A DNA stretch of 64,000 nt from Trichinella spiralis. Its lineage: Eukaryota. The DNA lies in the NCBI RefSeq assembly GCF_000181795.1, contig NW_003526944.1, positions 4,744,479 to 4,808,478 of the forward strand, written 5' to 3'. Positions 12,450-24,738 of the stretch are shown one piece after another; position 1 is the first letter of the stretch; every line of letters begins with the position of its first letter. Both the position numbers and the translations under genes were made by a program. The notes below the pieces were generated by a model. That model searched no databases. It was not told the origin of the DNA and saw nothing but the letters and a program-made list of their open reading frames with translations.

Positions 12450-14639
12450 TTAATCAATCCATCTTGCAACAATTGGTTCTTTACTGTCATCGCATCCCCC
12501 TTCAACGTATAACTTCAACTTCTCCTGCGTCAAACGAGGCACATAATCTTGCACAGTTAGCAAACGACCGTCCTTGTCCAAGATCACCAGCTTACTGAAC
12601 CATCGTTTCTTACCTCTAAAGCCAGCACTCACTTTCCTTTTCGAATAAAAAATACTAAAATTCCTTGCCACAGTCTCGTCAGCCGACAAATGCTCAAACA
12701 CCTTCTGCATAGTGCACATGGTGAACCACATGATTGACAATTTGTTCACCACACGCAATTGCCATTTATGCAAAAAAGCCAATATGCCGGCAGGAGTAAT
12801 TGACCGACGCCTGCTTTTGGTACATACAATCAAATCAGTCAGCTTCGGACATTTCTCTGCAATCATGCGCAACAATCCGTCGACATCTGACTGATCATTC
12901 AAACAGATCGATTCCAAATGCTCAAAGGTTCCCGTAGAGAAGAAGTAATGAAAAAGCCATGGATGGTAGGTGATTGCACTGAAACCACGAAGAATTCGGA
13001 ACAAACGCTGAGGCCATGTGAAAGTTTCTTGATTTACAATCGCTCTAAAATTACATAAAAAAAATAAATTTCAATTCACATCATCGAATTCATATTTACA
13101 GCTGTTTAACATGTTCAAAATACTCGAATTTTTTTTCTTAAACTGTAAGCCCAGTTTTCCAGTTTTACAACAAACTGCTCAACAATAAAATATTATTATT
13201 GAAAAGAAGTTATACTCGAAATAAAACAATTTTATGAACAACAATTAATTAACGCTACTACTCACAGGAAACTTATCAAATTGAACATCAATTCCAAGCA
13301 AAATACCACATAAATTCTACGCTAAACTTAATTCAGCTTTTAAATTTGAATTCGTTCCATTAAAGCTAATCTAACAATTATTAAATGCACAGAACAATGA
13401 AACTCACAAAATACTTCACTTAATCGCTTCGAATGCATTTATCACAACTTACAGTTTGAAATAAACTTAAAAATCATAAATGCAACTTCATACTGTAATG
13501 TAAGGAAAACAAATTAAATTATAAAATTATAAAACATAATCATTTATTTAAAAAAACAAAATAATATTTATAAAAAAACAAATTATATGTAAATAAAATG
13601 TAAAATACGTAAAAAAATTAAGCATTCCAAGAGAGAACAAGCGACGATGTACTTACTCGTCACTGAGCCCAAAGGTGAGTTCAATTGTTGCGTTCATTTC
13701 GAAGATCAATTGCAGAATTTGTAAAAATTCCTCGGCTCTATCAAACATCCAATCAACAGTGAGGTGTATACGTTTCGACGGTATGTCAAAAAAACCCCCA
13801 ATAAAAAGACCCAACATCGAAGCACCTTCTCTGCTATAATGAAGAGTCAACGATTTCAACGGCGGTGGCGGTGCAAGGCGAATTTGAAACGTCATCAGTG
13901 GAACTGCAATGCGCGACATTTCGAAAGATCCGAAATTGGTCATCGGATTGGAAAAAAGTTCAACAACTTGACGTGCACTCGTGCGTTCTTCGACAAGTTT
14001 ACAATTTCGAATCCATGGATAACGACGAAGCGTTTGGATAAATCGCATCATAAATACCATTGACTTGTACTTCACGTCGGTTTCGCCACGAGAATGATCA
14101 TCAGAACCATCGGCCAGACGATTTTCCTCGAACTGGTTAACGTTGAACAGACGGAAAAGCCTTCTCAAGTAAGTACCTCGAAAAATGTAAATAATTACAT
14201 TGTTCTGAAGATGCAGTTTACTTTGTTCAGAGAAAAGAAATTTCACAGCTTCCGCGACGAAATCATTGTAAACCATCAGGATCAAATTGCCAGTGCCAAC
14301 TTTGCAATGAATAAGCATTTCCAAAACTTCTTTCAGAAACGTTTTCGACCCGGCTTGTATTTTCAAAGTATTGCAATAACCAATATGCTGAAAAACGATC
14401 CCCAATTTCGAAACATCTCCAAAAACCGGCTTGAAGTTCGTTTTAAACTCGCCCATATACCGTATCCAAATGAAGTGATCAACAATTTCCACCTCACCCA
14501 AACATTTAATACGCGAACCGGAACGCTTCAGCAAACGTGACCAACGACGGCATACGAGCGCTGACTTCAGGTGAGTTTCGAAATCTAACGAGCTGAAAAT
14601 TTGCATCAAAATATCGTCGGGAAGGTTGTTGATTTCCAT
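12450..14639 (-). CDS. F-box protein, two exons, about 525 aa
   Basis: Exon 14639-13657 starts MEINNLPDDILMQIFSSLDFETHLKSALVCRRWSRL (canonical F-box) and ends GA|GTAAGT. Exon 13044-12450 follows TTTTAG in matching phase and has an LRR-like segment (LLRMIAEKCPKLTDLIV). Confidence 0.85.
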
Positions 14640-14688
14640 TTTTATGTTCGATATGGAACGCTGTTGGAGGTATCTGTTGAACAATTAA

Positions 14689-15181
14689 TTAGTTAGACGA
14701 CGTCGGTGGATTGTTGTCGAAACTCTCTGGTTTGGAGGAACCGTCTTGTGATTTCGGACGTGATCGTTTCTCTACGTGACCACGGCAATGCTCACATTCG
14801 TTGTCACTTTCACTGCTCGATTCTTCCCACTTTCTGGGCTTCGAATAAATACAACAACCTAATCAATAAACCAAATTAATTAAAAACATAGACGAAATTC
14901 ACACGTCTAACTTACACTTTGATTTTTTGCGATTCAAATTTTCGTTATCAACAGTTCCACTAGCCCAAGTGATATGACGCCGTGGAGGCGGTGTCAGAAC
15001 TATGCGCAGAGTCGTCTCGTTGGCGGCAGTAGCAGTCGAAGTCTAAAATGACGCAACGAATGAAGTATTTGATGAAAACAAGCAACCGTAAAATCGTCAC
15101 ACAAACATTAGCACACTCCAATACGGTGGTCACGCTTGAATCCGATTCAGGCACTTTCTCTTCACAGGGATCGGAGCTCAT
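14689..15181 (-). CDS. PPP1R11: Protein phosphatase 1 inhibitor-3 (PPP1R11/Ypi1 family), three exons, 117 aa; not visible as such in the ORF track
   Basis: Exons 15181-15125, 15042-14916 and 14858-14689 splice to [89 protein letters not shown]...SSN*. It has the RVxW-type motif (RHITW), TVDNE and the SKCCCIY hallmark of inhibitor-3. Confidence 0.93.
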
Positions 15182-15872
15182 CCCTTAGCATAACTACAAA
15201 CAGCGTGAGCTAAAAGAGATTCGCCACAACATACGAACATGCTTTACTTTAAATTGAATACTGTAACTGATATTTAAAAAGAAACATATATATATATAAA
15301 CTGAGCGTTTATTTAAAAGATTCTTAAAGAATCCATCACCTATTTACTGGCATTAAATAATTTATAATATTTACAACAACAATGATGTTTGCAATTTTCG
15401 CCAATAATTTACTTGTTCAGTTTACTGTAATGTACAGTAATGTCAGTGGTTAAGTTCGGTCCTAGAATTGTAAAACTTATTTCTGAAATTTTCATCAACA
15501 GCAGTATTTTCAAGTGACAATGAACACATCAAATCAAAACTCTGATTCGCAGAATTACCAAATTCCATGTCTGACTTGTTTATTAATAATGACAACATTT
15601 ACGTACATAATTCAAATAATATAATAATTCACGCAATAATAACGATAAATAAAAGTAAAAGCACAACAACCGTAGTGCGTTTGTTTCCCATTCGTATGCA
15701 ATTAAAATTCAGCAACAACACAACATAATAAAGAATCTACTCAAACACATTATGCATATTCTAAAAAGCTGATCAACATAGAACCCTTTGGTTTCATACA
15801 AAAAAATCATTTCGCATATATGCGCGTAATTTATAACAAATAAACATTGCTTTCACACATGAATACTGATGT

Positions 15873-18800
15873 TCAATAAACTTCGTCTGGTGCGTCCAAA
15901 TCTGTATAAGCGATGGGAACTCGTGGATCACGACGACTACAAACAAAGAAAAAGATTTTTTTAGATGAAATTTGTAAAAAAAAAACAACAATTTTCACTT
16001 TTCCTTATAAAATACATTTTATTTTATTTTATTTTATTTTTAACACACGCTCTTGCATTTACTTTTCACGTTTTGCATATTATGATCTACAACTAAGTTT
16101 TTTACACAATCAACTAACTGGAAACGTAAAGTAAACAGGAAGCAACAAGTTAATCTGCACCGGCGATACTTGTCAAAACGAAACAGACACGCTGCGCATA
16201 TATGCAAATATATTTATTTAATTCTATTTGGCGAAAAAACATTTTAATAACTCACCCATCATACTGCCGACTTCCTCCTCCAGTTCCACTGGCTCCACCG
16301 CCCCCACCACTATGAGTAGTTCTTGATCCGCCATAATCTCGCCTCTGATAATAATCACGACGATAGTTTCCTCCTGAAAAATAAACATTCCGTTAAAACT
16401 GATCAACACAAAAATTCCTGATCAATGCATGCGCCTGTTTCTTCGTCAAATAACCTCCTCTGTTGTAGTAATTCTGTCTATTGTAATCGTGCTGCTGAAA
16501 TCGTTCTTGTGCAACAAGACGATCACTTGGGGAATACTTCGACACCTGTGGCCTGACATCTGGCGAGTAAGGTCTTTTCGGATCGGATAAATAGTTGTTA
16601 AAATATTCAACCTACACAGAAAATATAATAATAATAAATCTATGAATCGAATGTATATTCCAAAAATAAAAAAACCCGTGCAACCTCAATGCGCACTTCT
16701 TCCACCTTCTCCGGATGTTTGTAGAAAATATGTTTACGGACAAATTCTGGACCTTTGAACTTTTTTCCAGATAATGGACAAAGCCATTTGTCTTTTGCTA
16801 ATTCTTGACAATTCGCACTGACAAACGCTTCTACTTCTTTCTCCGGATCACGTTTGCCCAACTTCACTACTTCCTCATCTGGCAACAATTCTTTTTGACT
16901 TAACAACAGTTGAATCTTGCTTACTGCACTTGTTATGGTATCGTTTACTAAATTAATTTTCCAACAATCATTATTAAACAACCCACAGCTTCACAAACTG
17001 CGCTTCATACCAAAAGACAATGAAACTTTACAAGGTTCATCACCATTTGTCACCATTGGTCCACGCACATGTATTAAACCACATCTATTCAATCAATATC
17101 AGAAGGAAATTTCCTCGTGTTACACAATTATTGGTTTATCAAACTTATGCCGTGTTTAAACACTCGAGTCTTACCTATTTGGCATTTCGTCTTCATATGG
17201 ATATTCGCCGTGGTTGTAATAATCAACTGAATGCACCACACGCAAATACAACAGCAGTGTGTCCAGAACCTGCACATTAAAACAAAATATTATTATTAAT
17301 AAATCTTTTACGGACTAAAAATGTGCACATGCTGACTTTTAGCAATTTTTCGTCTCGTTCAAAAGTCACTTTCACTTCCCCATCTTCGTCAACTTCTGTC
17401 ATTCGAATTCCAAGAAGTTCTTCTTCTTCGGCACTGACTTCTTCAATTAGAACTCCAGATATGTTGGCCAACAACGGATTCTTACTAGATCCACATTCGG
17501 CCATCATGCTGTCCATCGTTTCTCTTCCATTTGAACTAGGCCCGTCGTTTTCGTTTGCTTTATCATCATCCCATAAGTTGTACCTTTTGTCATACATTTG
17601 CACAACAGTCGCCGCCAATCTCAAATCACTTTGAGCAACAGCTCTGTGAGCAGCAATGCCATTGGTAACTCGAATTCGTCGACTAAGATCTCGATTCACA
17701 ATGGCGCCCAAATCACAGTCCCGAAGCTGGATTGAAGAACATTATTATTACACAACAGACAATCAATTATTCCAAAATGCAGCTCAATACCCGGATATTA
17801 GTGATTTTCCAACAAATCTCTTTCACGTTCACGTCTCGACGAAAAGAAACCCAACCACGACGGTAAAATCGCCTATCAGGTAGCGGCTCTGCCAGTGCAA
17901 CTCGCAAAAATCCAGGATAACGCTTAAACAACGCTTCCAATTCTTGCTTAGTGATGGTCGGTGCAAGATTACGCAAAAATATGCTCGACGTCTTGTGCAA
18001 CAACAAAGGACCACCTCCACTATTTCGCTCAACATTCGAGCTAACTCCTTCGTCTTTTGCACTCTTCAAATCCAACTCACCTCCTGTCTCACCTTGAAAA
18101 ACCAATATTCAAAAACGTACAGACAAATCAAGCAACAACAATTTGGAGACCTTTTTCAGATTCATGACCACTGATTTCCCCATCCTAAGCAAAATAGAAA
18201 AACAATTCAAGCAATATACGAAAATAACAATCACAAATACAAGCGCTTACGTCGCTTTTTAATTCTGAAGATTTGTCTGAAACATTTTCTTTTTCTGCCA
18301 TCGTACTGTTTTCAGCATTGTCGACTAAATCGTCAATTTCCATTTGTCCTTCTTCTTCCAATCTAAATGAACACAACAATAATTAACAATGAACTTTACA
18401 CTGCTGAAACATCAGACAAAATAAAACTAAACATTTCGTGAATTAATTACTTGTTTGTTGTTGATTTGGCCTGATCATTCGATAATTCGGCATATTCTCC
18501 ATCTTTTTCAAGTTGTTCAATATCTTCATCCGTTCCACCTTCTAACTTTATAACCACTGCAATTATATTATTAAATTATTGGTATCAACAGTTCGCAACA
18601 TGCATTTGAGCAGTTGTAAGTAAAAAACAACACTGCACATAACAATAATTTCACTTAACAAATTTTTACCTGCATCCATAAACTTCAGCAAATTTTCTCC
18701 ATTGTCTTGATCTAAATTCAAACGATCTAACCAACCTTTTTCACGAAGTTCCATGAATATCTCGAGTCTCCGCATCACAGCATCACGATGCTCTTGAAAT

Positions 18801-19725
18801 CTCTTGGCGCGGTCTTCTGGATGATATTTAACGCGAAACCTTAAAAAAATTTACACATTGAACAACAAACAAACCAAGGTAGCTCATGTCCCAACAACAA
18901 ATAAACCATAAAACCCACACCAAAAAACAAAAAAAAAATTTTTTTTTTGAACAGCGTGGTAAATATTTTCAAACAATTGTCGAACAAATTCAAAAAACGG
19001 CTAATAAAGCCTACATACTTTACAGATTACAGAAAATGCATTTAACTCGAACAGTTCAAGAAAAAAAAACATTTTTCATTAAACAACAAACGTATATGCG
19101 TTATAATTATTCTAAACTGTAACACTTTTTTAAAACCAATTATTTTATTTATTCATACATTTATTCTGTTTATATTTCCAGGTAGCACCCTCCGTTGTAT
19201 TTTTCTTTCATAAAATTTATTTATATTTAATTGAGACAAAATAATGAATAACCGAATTCAACTACATTTTCTATTTTTGTCATTGACACATTTAATTTTG
19301 AAAATCCAACGAAGACACACCAAAACCAACCAAAGAATTTGTTGAGATAAAAAGAGATGGCAGTTTATTATTGAAAATTATTTCTAGAAAAATACTTACC
19401 AACAATAAATAAACAGCTGGAAATAGTGTAGCATTAATGCTGCATTTGTTTCAGATGAAAAGTTAAGTTTTATCTCTCAGACTCTTTGAACAACAGAAAA
19501 AAATATTTTTGGTAGCCTCGACATAATGCGCCCCTGGCTACGACGAACTTTCACGAATTTAATCTCAAAACAAACAAGTGGTCGCCTTTGTATTGCAAAA
19601 CTTAAACAAATACTGCTTATAAAGCGACACTAATATCAATGACGAATGATGCGACGTTTCACACATACACACAGACGAAAAAAGTATAACATATGCATAT
19701 ATAAATATATAAATATAAATGTATA

Positions 19726-19770
<45 letters not shown>

Positions 19771-20776
19771 TTATTCATTTACATTCATATTTATATATAT
19801 CTATATATACGCATACATTCACTCATATATATACGTATAGAAGCCGCGACATAATGCGCCTCTGGCTACAATATGAAGCTGTTAAAAAGCTGCATACAAA
19901 GCTGTTCATATAAAGTTCATAAGTGGATGTATTGTATTAAATTTGTGATTCTATATAAAAAGCACAATTTTATGCCCCAACCGCCGTTGTCTCATTAGTG
20001 GCAAAATAACAAAATTGAAAATGTGCTCTTCGTTTCGGAATCAAACTGCCTGTTCCAAACTGTGTAAATTAAACGTAAATTATTTTTAACAAAATATGAC
20101 TTACCATTCACGATCTTTGTGCGCCATGAAGAACGCATGCAATAACTGCTTTTTGTAGTCAGTTTTATATTCTTGATATTTTTGTATTGCTTCTTCGTCT
20201 GAAATCATATCATCTTGGGAAGATAAAAACTGCTTGAAGGTCATCATTGGCGCCAACGTGTGACCATCGTTCGTAGAACTTTCATCAGCTCTGTTGTTAC
20301 TAAACGAATCAGCAGTTTCATCCCTAATAGAACATCATGCAATAATAAACCAAGCAAAGACACGTCAAATATATGTTCTCTGAAAGACTTATACCAATCT
20401 CTTCGGCGTCGTCGACTTGCATTCGGACTATATTCCGGTCTCAAACGATAGGATTTATAATCTCTATTTGATGCAGCAGAACGCCTAAATCAAAGAAAAA
20501 TTTTTAATTCATTAATAAACAAAATTACAAGTTTGTTTATTCATACATATAAGTGAATACAAGTCATAAAATTATAATGTACAGTTAAAATTTGCAATTG
20601 ATGTTAAGTATAAAATTTAGAAAAAATAAGAAATTTCTGAACACAACCAAACGTCACTTCAAATAAAACAAATACCCATCATTAAGCTCTCGACGCCTGT
20701 CTTGAAATTCACTCCTTTCTTTCATAAATTTGTCTCGACCACGTCTTCGGTCAAAATCATCATCACTATCACCCAT
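15873..20776 (-). CDS. SRRT: Ars2/Serrate RNA effector (cap-binding-complex adaptor), multi-exon
   Basis: N-terminus [17 protein letters not shown] (20776). Exon 20323-20105 gives MMTFKQFL...[10 protein letters not shown], joined to FRVKYHP at 18839. Also [22 protein letters not shown], zinc finger [20 protein letters not shown], and last exon 15936-15873 [20 protein letters not shown]. Confidence 0.96.
19514..19869. repeat. Two 28-nt GC-rich direct repeats (19514-19541 and 19842-19869) in Ars2 intron 3
   Basis: AGCCTCGACATAATGCGCCCCTGGCTAC versus AGCCGCGACATAATGCGCCTCTGGCTAC, 26/28 identical; the ends (AGCC/GGCT) are complementary. Confidence 0.9.
19731..19769. repeat. (AT)n microsatellite
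   Basis: Pure AT run seen directly. Confidence 0.95.
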
Positions 20777-23006
20777 ACTGGCTTATAAGCAACTGCAAAA
20801 CTGTACTGGAGAAAATCAGGGCAAAGCACAAGACAAAACACAAATGCTACAGCAACGACAATTATCAGTTGGAAGATGACTGTGCTAAAAAATGTCAAGT
20901 TCACTTAAAATATTAAGTCATCAAAAAATGTTCATTTTACAATTAATACAACAAAAAATTAAATGTATCAAAGGGTTTCAGCTTTTTCTTAAATTATAGC
21001 AATATCGTCTCAACATTTATTTTTACAAGCTAGAGACATACTGTAATAAATAAAATAAAAAAATCTATTTACAGTATGATGCTTACCGTAATAAAGATAT
21101 TGATTTTTAAAATTTCAATTAATGAATTCAGTTGTAAATTTCATTTAACCTCAAAACATAAATTATTGAAAATTTAAATTATATTATACGACATAAGTTT
21201 GAATTGAAACTTAAAATTTTTAGTTCTAACTCTGCTTTCAAATTTGCAAAGCTTGACATTTATCCGACATTCTTTTTTCATCTACTTTTGTCTGTACCAC
21301 ACGTTCAGTTGTTCTCTCTGTTACGCTGCTGATGCTGATCACTGCTTATCATGTTCTACCTGTTTCTATCAACGTTTCAAATATATTATTATGCGATCAT
21401 AAATGTTATGTAGTATTAAATCAGTAGTTGCTAATATGATATAATAACTTTCGCTATATGAGTAGCTATATTTTGTTGTTGCGCTTTTTAATGTTATGAA
21501 TTGATGCATTTCTGGATGATGATTATGCGTATTCAATTGTAATGTAATGATTTATATGTTAGTTTTATAAATGAGTAGTTAAGATTATAAATTGTCACTT
21601 TGTAATTCAATTGTATGTAAATTGTATAAGTAAACAACTGAATTGTAAATAATACATGAAAAGAAATGTTATATTTGATTACAGAAGAGTTTTTCATAAA
21701 TGATGAAATTTTGCAAGTGATATTTTTTACACTGATGCACAATTAAACAACACTATTTGTGAACCGTGCTTTACATTATTGGTTAACTGCAGTGAAAATT
21801 TGTGCATGATTATTAGTATAATCTCGTATTCTAGTTTATAAAACTGTTGTTTTAGATATACATAAGTAATAAAATTACTTTTTATACCAGTGATATAATA
21901 ATAAATAACAATATTACATTTCAATTTACTGGTGGAAGTTCTACATTTAGATTCTCTCATTTAGTTAACATTATTTTATTGTTTCTGTTATTTACATTTA
22001 GTAATGTCCGCTATTTTTGTTTAGTTTTATCAGAAAACTGTTTTCTCCGTCGTGAGCGATAGAAAATTTAGATAGATAGATACGTAAAGATTCAAGGATG
22101 ACAAAACGCCTATTCACGGGAGTGGCATTTTTATCTTTTGATCATTTTTATTTTAATATATAAATGAAAACCGGTTTTCAGTATTCACTCAACAGTATTC
22201 AGTTTTTCCACTTACTTCTTTTATCATTGGCATGCACATTTTGAAAACTTTGAAAATTGCATTTAGTTAATAAGCAGTAACGTATTGCAGTTTAAATAAA
22301 ATGCAATTTAACATATTATTTGTTGACATGACTTTACTGTATGATAAACCAATCAATCGACTTATTGTTTAGTATTTTTATTAATATTAAAAATGCAGTA
22401 AAGGGAAAGTGAAGACACGATGCAAAACTTAAGATAAAACGTAGCCCCATTATGTAATTCTGAACTGGGGATATTTCTACAAGGTGAAATTATCCCTGAG
22501 TTTAATTAACGGCAAACCAGCACAGTTGAGATTTGAAATAACACGGTATTTCTTTCAGCTTTGATGGCTGCAATAATTAAGCGTGCAATAGCTTTTCATG
22601 GTCGAAATATTTTAAGATTTTCGTTTGTTTTCATTTAAAATTTAGTACCATTACATTGCATCTCCATTTTTAAAAGAGTCTTTATCTTTTCATTTTATCA
22701 TTTCTGAATACATCATCTTTATTGATTGTATTTTACGTTCTTTCATTTCTATATTTGATGTTATTTTCAAATTTTCTCAGTTATTGTCTTTCGCTCTGTT
22801 TTATGTTTATTTCATCGTTTGTAAAAAACACTCATGATGCAGCGCATGCAAATGCTCAAACACCTAACCAAACGTAATATAATACATGGAGAAGTTATGA
22901 GAACGTTAGATTACATTAAATTAGATAACAGATCACAGTAGATAACAGAATTAGTAAGTTCAACAGTACAATGTTCAACTGATAATGATGTTAATATGGA
23001 TCCCTG

Positions 23007-23369
23007 TGTAACGACCCACTGGGCGAGGTCGTCTGGTTCGCTTCCTTCGGGTTCGCTCCAGTTCGCCCGTTATCACTCTTGGCCGGCTCGTCTTCGTGTT
23101 GCCATCTTCCACGTTCGTATCGTCACAGCACTCGCACTCCACGCTCGCCAACTCACTAACTCTCTGGATGGTCTCCGCCGCTCCAATATATAGAAGTTTT
23201 TCGCGTCAACTGAAATTTGATCCCTCCATTGTCTTGCTGACAATCCCCCGGCTTGCGGCCCTTCTATAAATCAGCGGCTTGTTACGCGGCGGCTTTGATC
23301 CGCTGCCCCAACGGACCATCAGCGACCGGCAATGACCGAACGACACGCCGTACAGCAATGATCGTTACA
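23007..23369. mobile_element. Solo LTR (363 bp) with 4-bp target-site duplication
   Basis: Termini TGTAACGA...TCGTTACA (8-bp perfect inverted repeat, TG..CA), flanked by CCTG at 23003-23006 and 23370-23373. GC-rich against AT-rich flanks, with a TATA-like stretch near 23185-23191. Confidence 0.88.
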
Positions 23370-23515
23370 CCTGTTAATGAAAAATTAACGTTGAGATGAC
23401 GTTTCATCCAAAAAACTTGCTTTTCTTCAGTGAAATAAATTTTTTCACATTTTTTGTATTCTTTTAAAATGCATTTTAAAATGTAGTAACATAAATCAAA
23501 TGTTCTAATATGATT

Positions 23516-24496
23516 TTACTGATTATCAGCAAAATGCCTTAATAGTGCATATGTAACGAACGGTGATTGTCCAGCTTGGAGTTCCGTCATCGCCAGGAGA
23601 CGGCGATCCCTGGTTCCGCTGCTCGGAGCACGCGCCGTACGGGTTCGGGTCCGTCGCTGGGGACAGTCTCGTCGAAAGTGGCCCAGGCCACCGCACTCGA
23701 AGCACTCCATTGTCCTCCGTGTGGGTTGCAAGCGGGACTGCCGCTCCCGAGTCACCACCAACTTGTCCACGCGCCGGGCCAAAGCTTCCACAGTCTTGGC
23801 TAGGCTGTCGTACACCGAAGCAGCATCGTCGACTGTTTTCCGCCGGTCTTCCTCGATCTCGGTTACTATTTCCGCCAACTGGCGTGCCTTTGTGAGAGTC
23901 GCCGGCTCCTGCAGGCAGAGCTCTCGATGGACTTCTTTGGACGCCAGGCCGAGGATGAAACGGCTGACCAATTCGCACTCTGACTTCCCGGCTCTGCGTC
24001 CCATTTCGGCCACTTCGCGTGCAAAGTCTCGGATAGACTGATCCTTTCGCTGCCGCAGGCCACTGAAACGCATTTCCAAACGGATCGGAGACTCGCTCTG
24101 ACCGTAGGCATCCAGCAGGCGACGTTTAAGCTCCTGCCAGGAACTGTCCCGTGTCGAACCGGGCGGGAAGAGCTCGCGTCGCACCGCTTTCGTCATAAGC
24201 AGGCGAGCGCTGGCGGCGTAGTGGGAGGGTGGCACACCAGAGATGATGAAGAAGTCTTCGACGTTGTCCAGCCACTCGGAAGGATCCATTTTCGGGGAAA
24301 AGGCTGGGGGTGGGGGGTAACAAGCAGTCCTCAACGCCATTTCCGGGACAGGCTCCCAAAGTAACGAGCCGCTCCCTCGGGCAGGCTCGTTCACTACCTC
24401 CACCGCGCTATTGGCGCATTCGCCGCTCAACGGCGACGGGCTGGTTTTGAACGGCGGGCTTCCCTTTCTTTCCGATTCGCGCTCTCCTGATGCCAT
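23516..24496 (-). CDS. Retrotransposon Gag-like ORF with zinc knuckle; runs out of the element into flanking DNA
   Basis: ORF track 23516..24541; MDPSEWLDNVEDF..., SWQELKRRLLDAYG, LRQRKDQSIRDFA, RFILGL and CX2CX4HX4C. Confidence 0.75.
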   Translation of the reverse strand: MASGERESERKGSPPFKTSPSPLSGECANSAVEVVNEPARGSGSLLWEPVPEMALRTACYPPPPAFSPKMDPSEWLDNVEDFFIISGVPPSHYAASARLLMTKAVRRELFPPGSTRDSSWQELKRRLLDAYGQSESPIRLEMRFSGLRQRKDQSIRDFAREVAEMGRRAGKSECELVSRFILGLASKEVHRELCLQEPATLTKARQLAEIVTEIEEDRRKTVDDAASVYDSLAKTVEALARRVDKLVVTRERQSRLQPTRRTMECFECGGLGHFRRDCPQRRTRTRTARAPSSGTRDRRLLAMTELQAGQSPFVTYALLRHFADNQ

Positions 24497-24738
24497 TATA
24501 ACAATAAAAAAACAGTCAATATGTATAGTTTTTATTGGCAACAGCGAACAAGAACTGCCGACGATGCGTTACAGCAAGCCTCTTCGACACACACAACAAC
24601 GACCACGCCTACGTACAACTACGCACTACTGTACCTACCTCTGATTTTCAAGTCCAAATCTGCTTACGGTAGCTTCACCTTTCTTCCGCTTCGTTGTCTG
24701 GAGAAATAGAGTTGTTAGCTCGGTCAGCGTCCGCTGCA
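23552..24738 (-). mobile_element. Truncated Ty3/gypsy-type LTR retrotransposon: one LTR (about 24738-24497), PBS-like site and gag, without pol
   Basis: Gag ORF with capsid-like region and CCHC knuckle CFECGGLGHFRRDC. TGGCATCAGGAG (PBS-like) lies 1 nt after the LTR end, there is an AATAAA in the LTR (minus strand near 24531-24536), and CATA is duplicated at 23548-23551 and 24739-24742. Confidence 0.85.

Noticed and set aside
19392..19541. U1 snRNA-like look on the plus strand (ATACTTACC start, ATTTTTGG Sm-like site, terminal hairpin, about 150 nt)
   Set aside because: No U1 stem-loop I (GATCA..AAG) or II (ATTGCAC) motifs; ATACTTACC is simply the complement of a minus-strand splice donor
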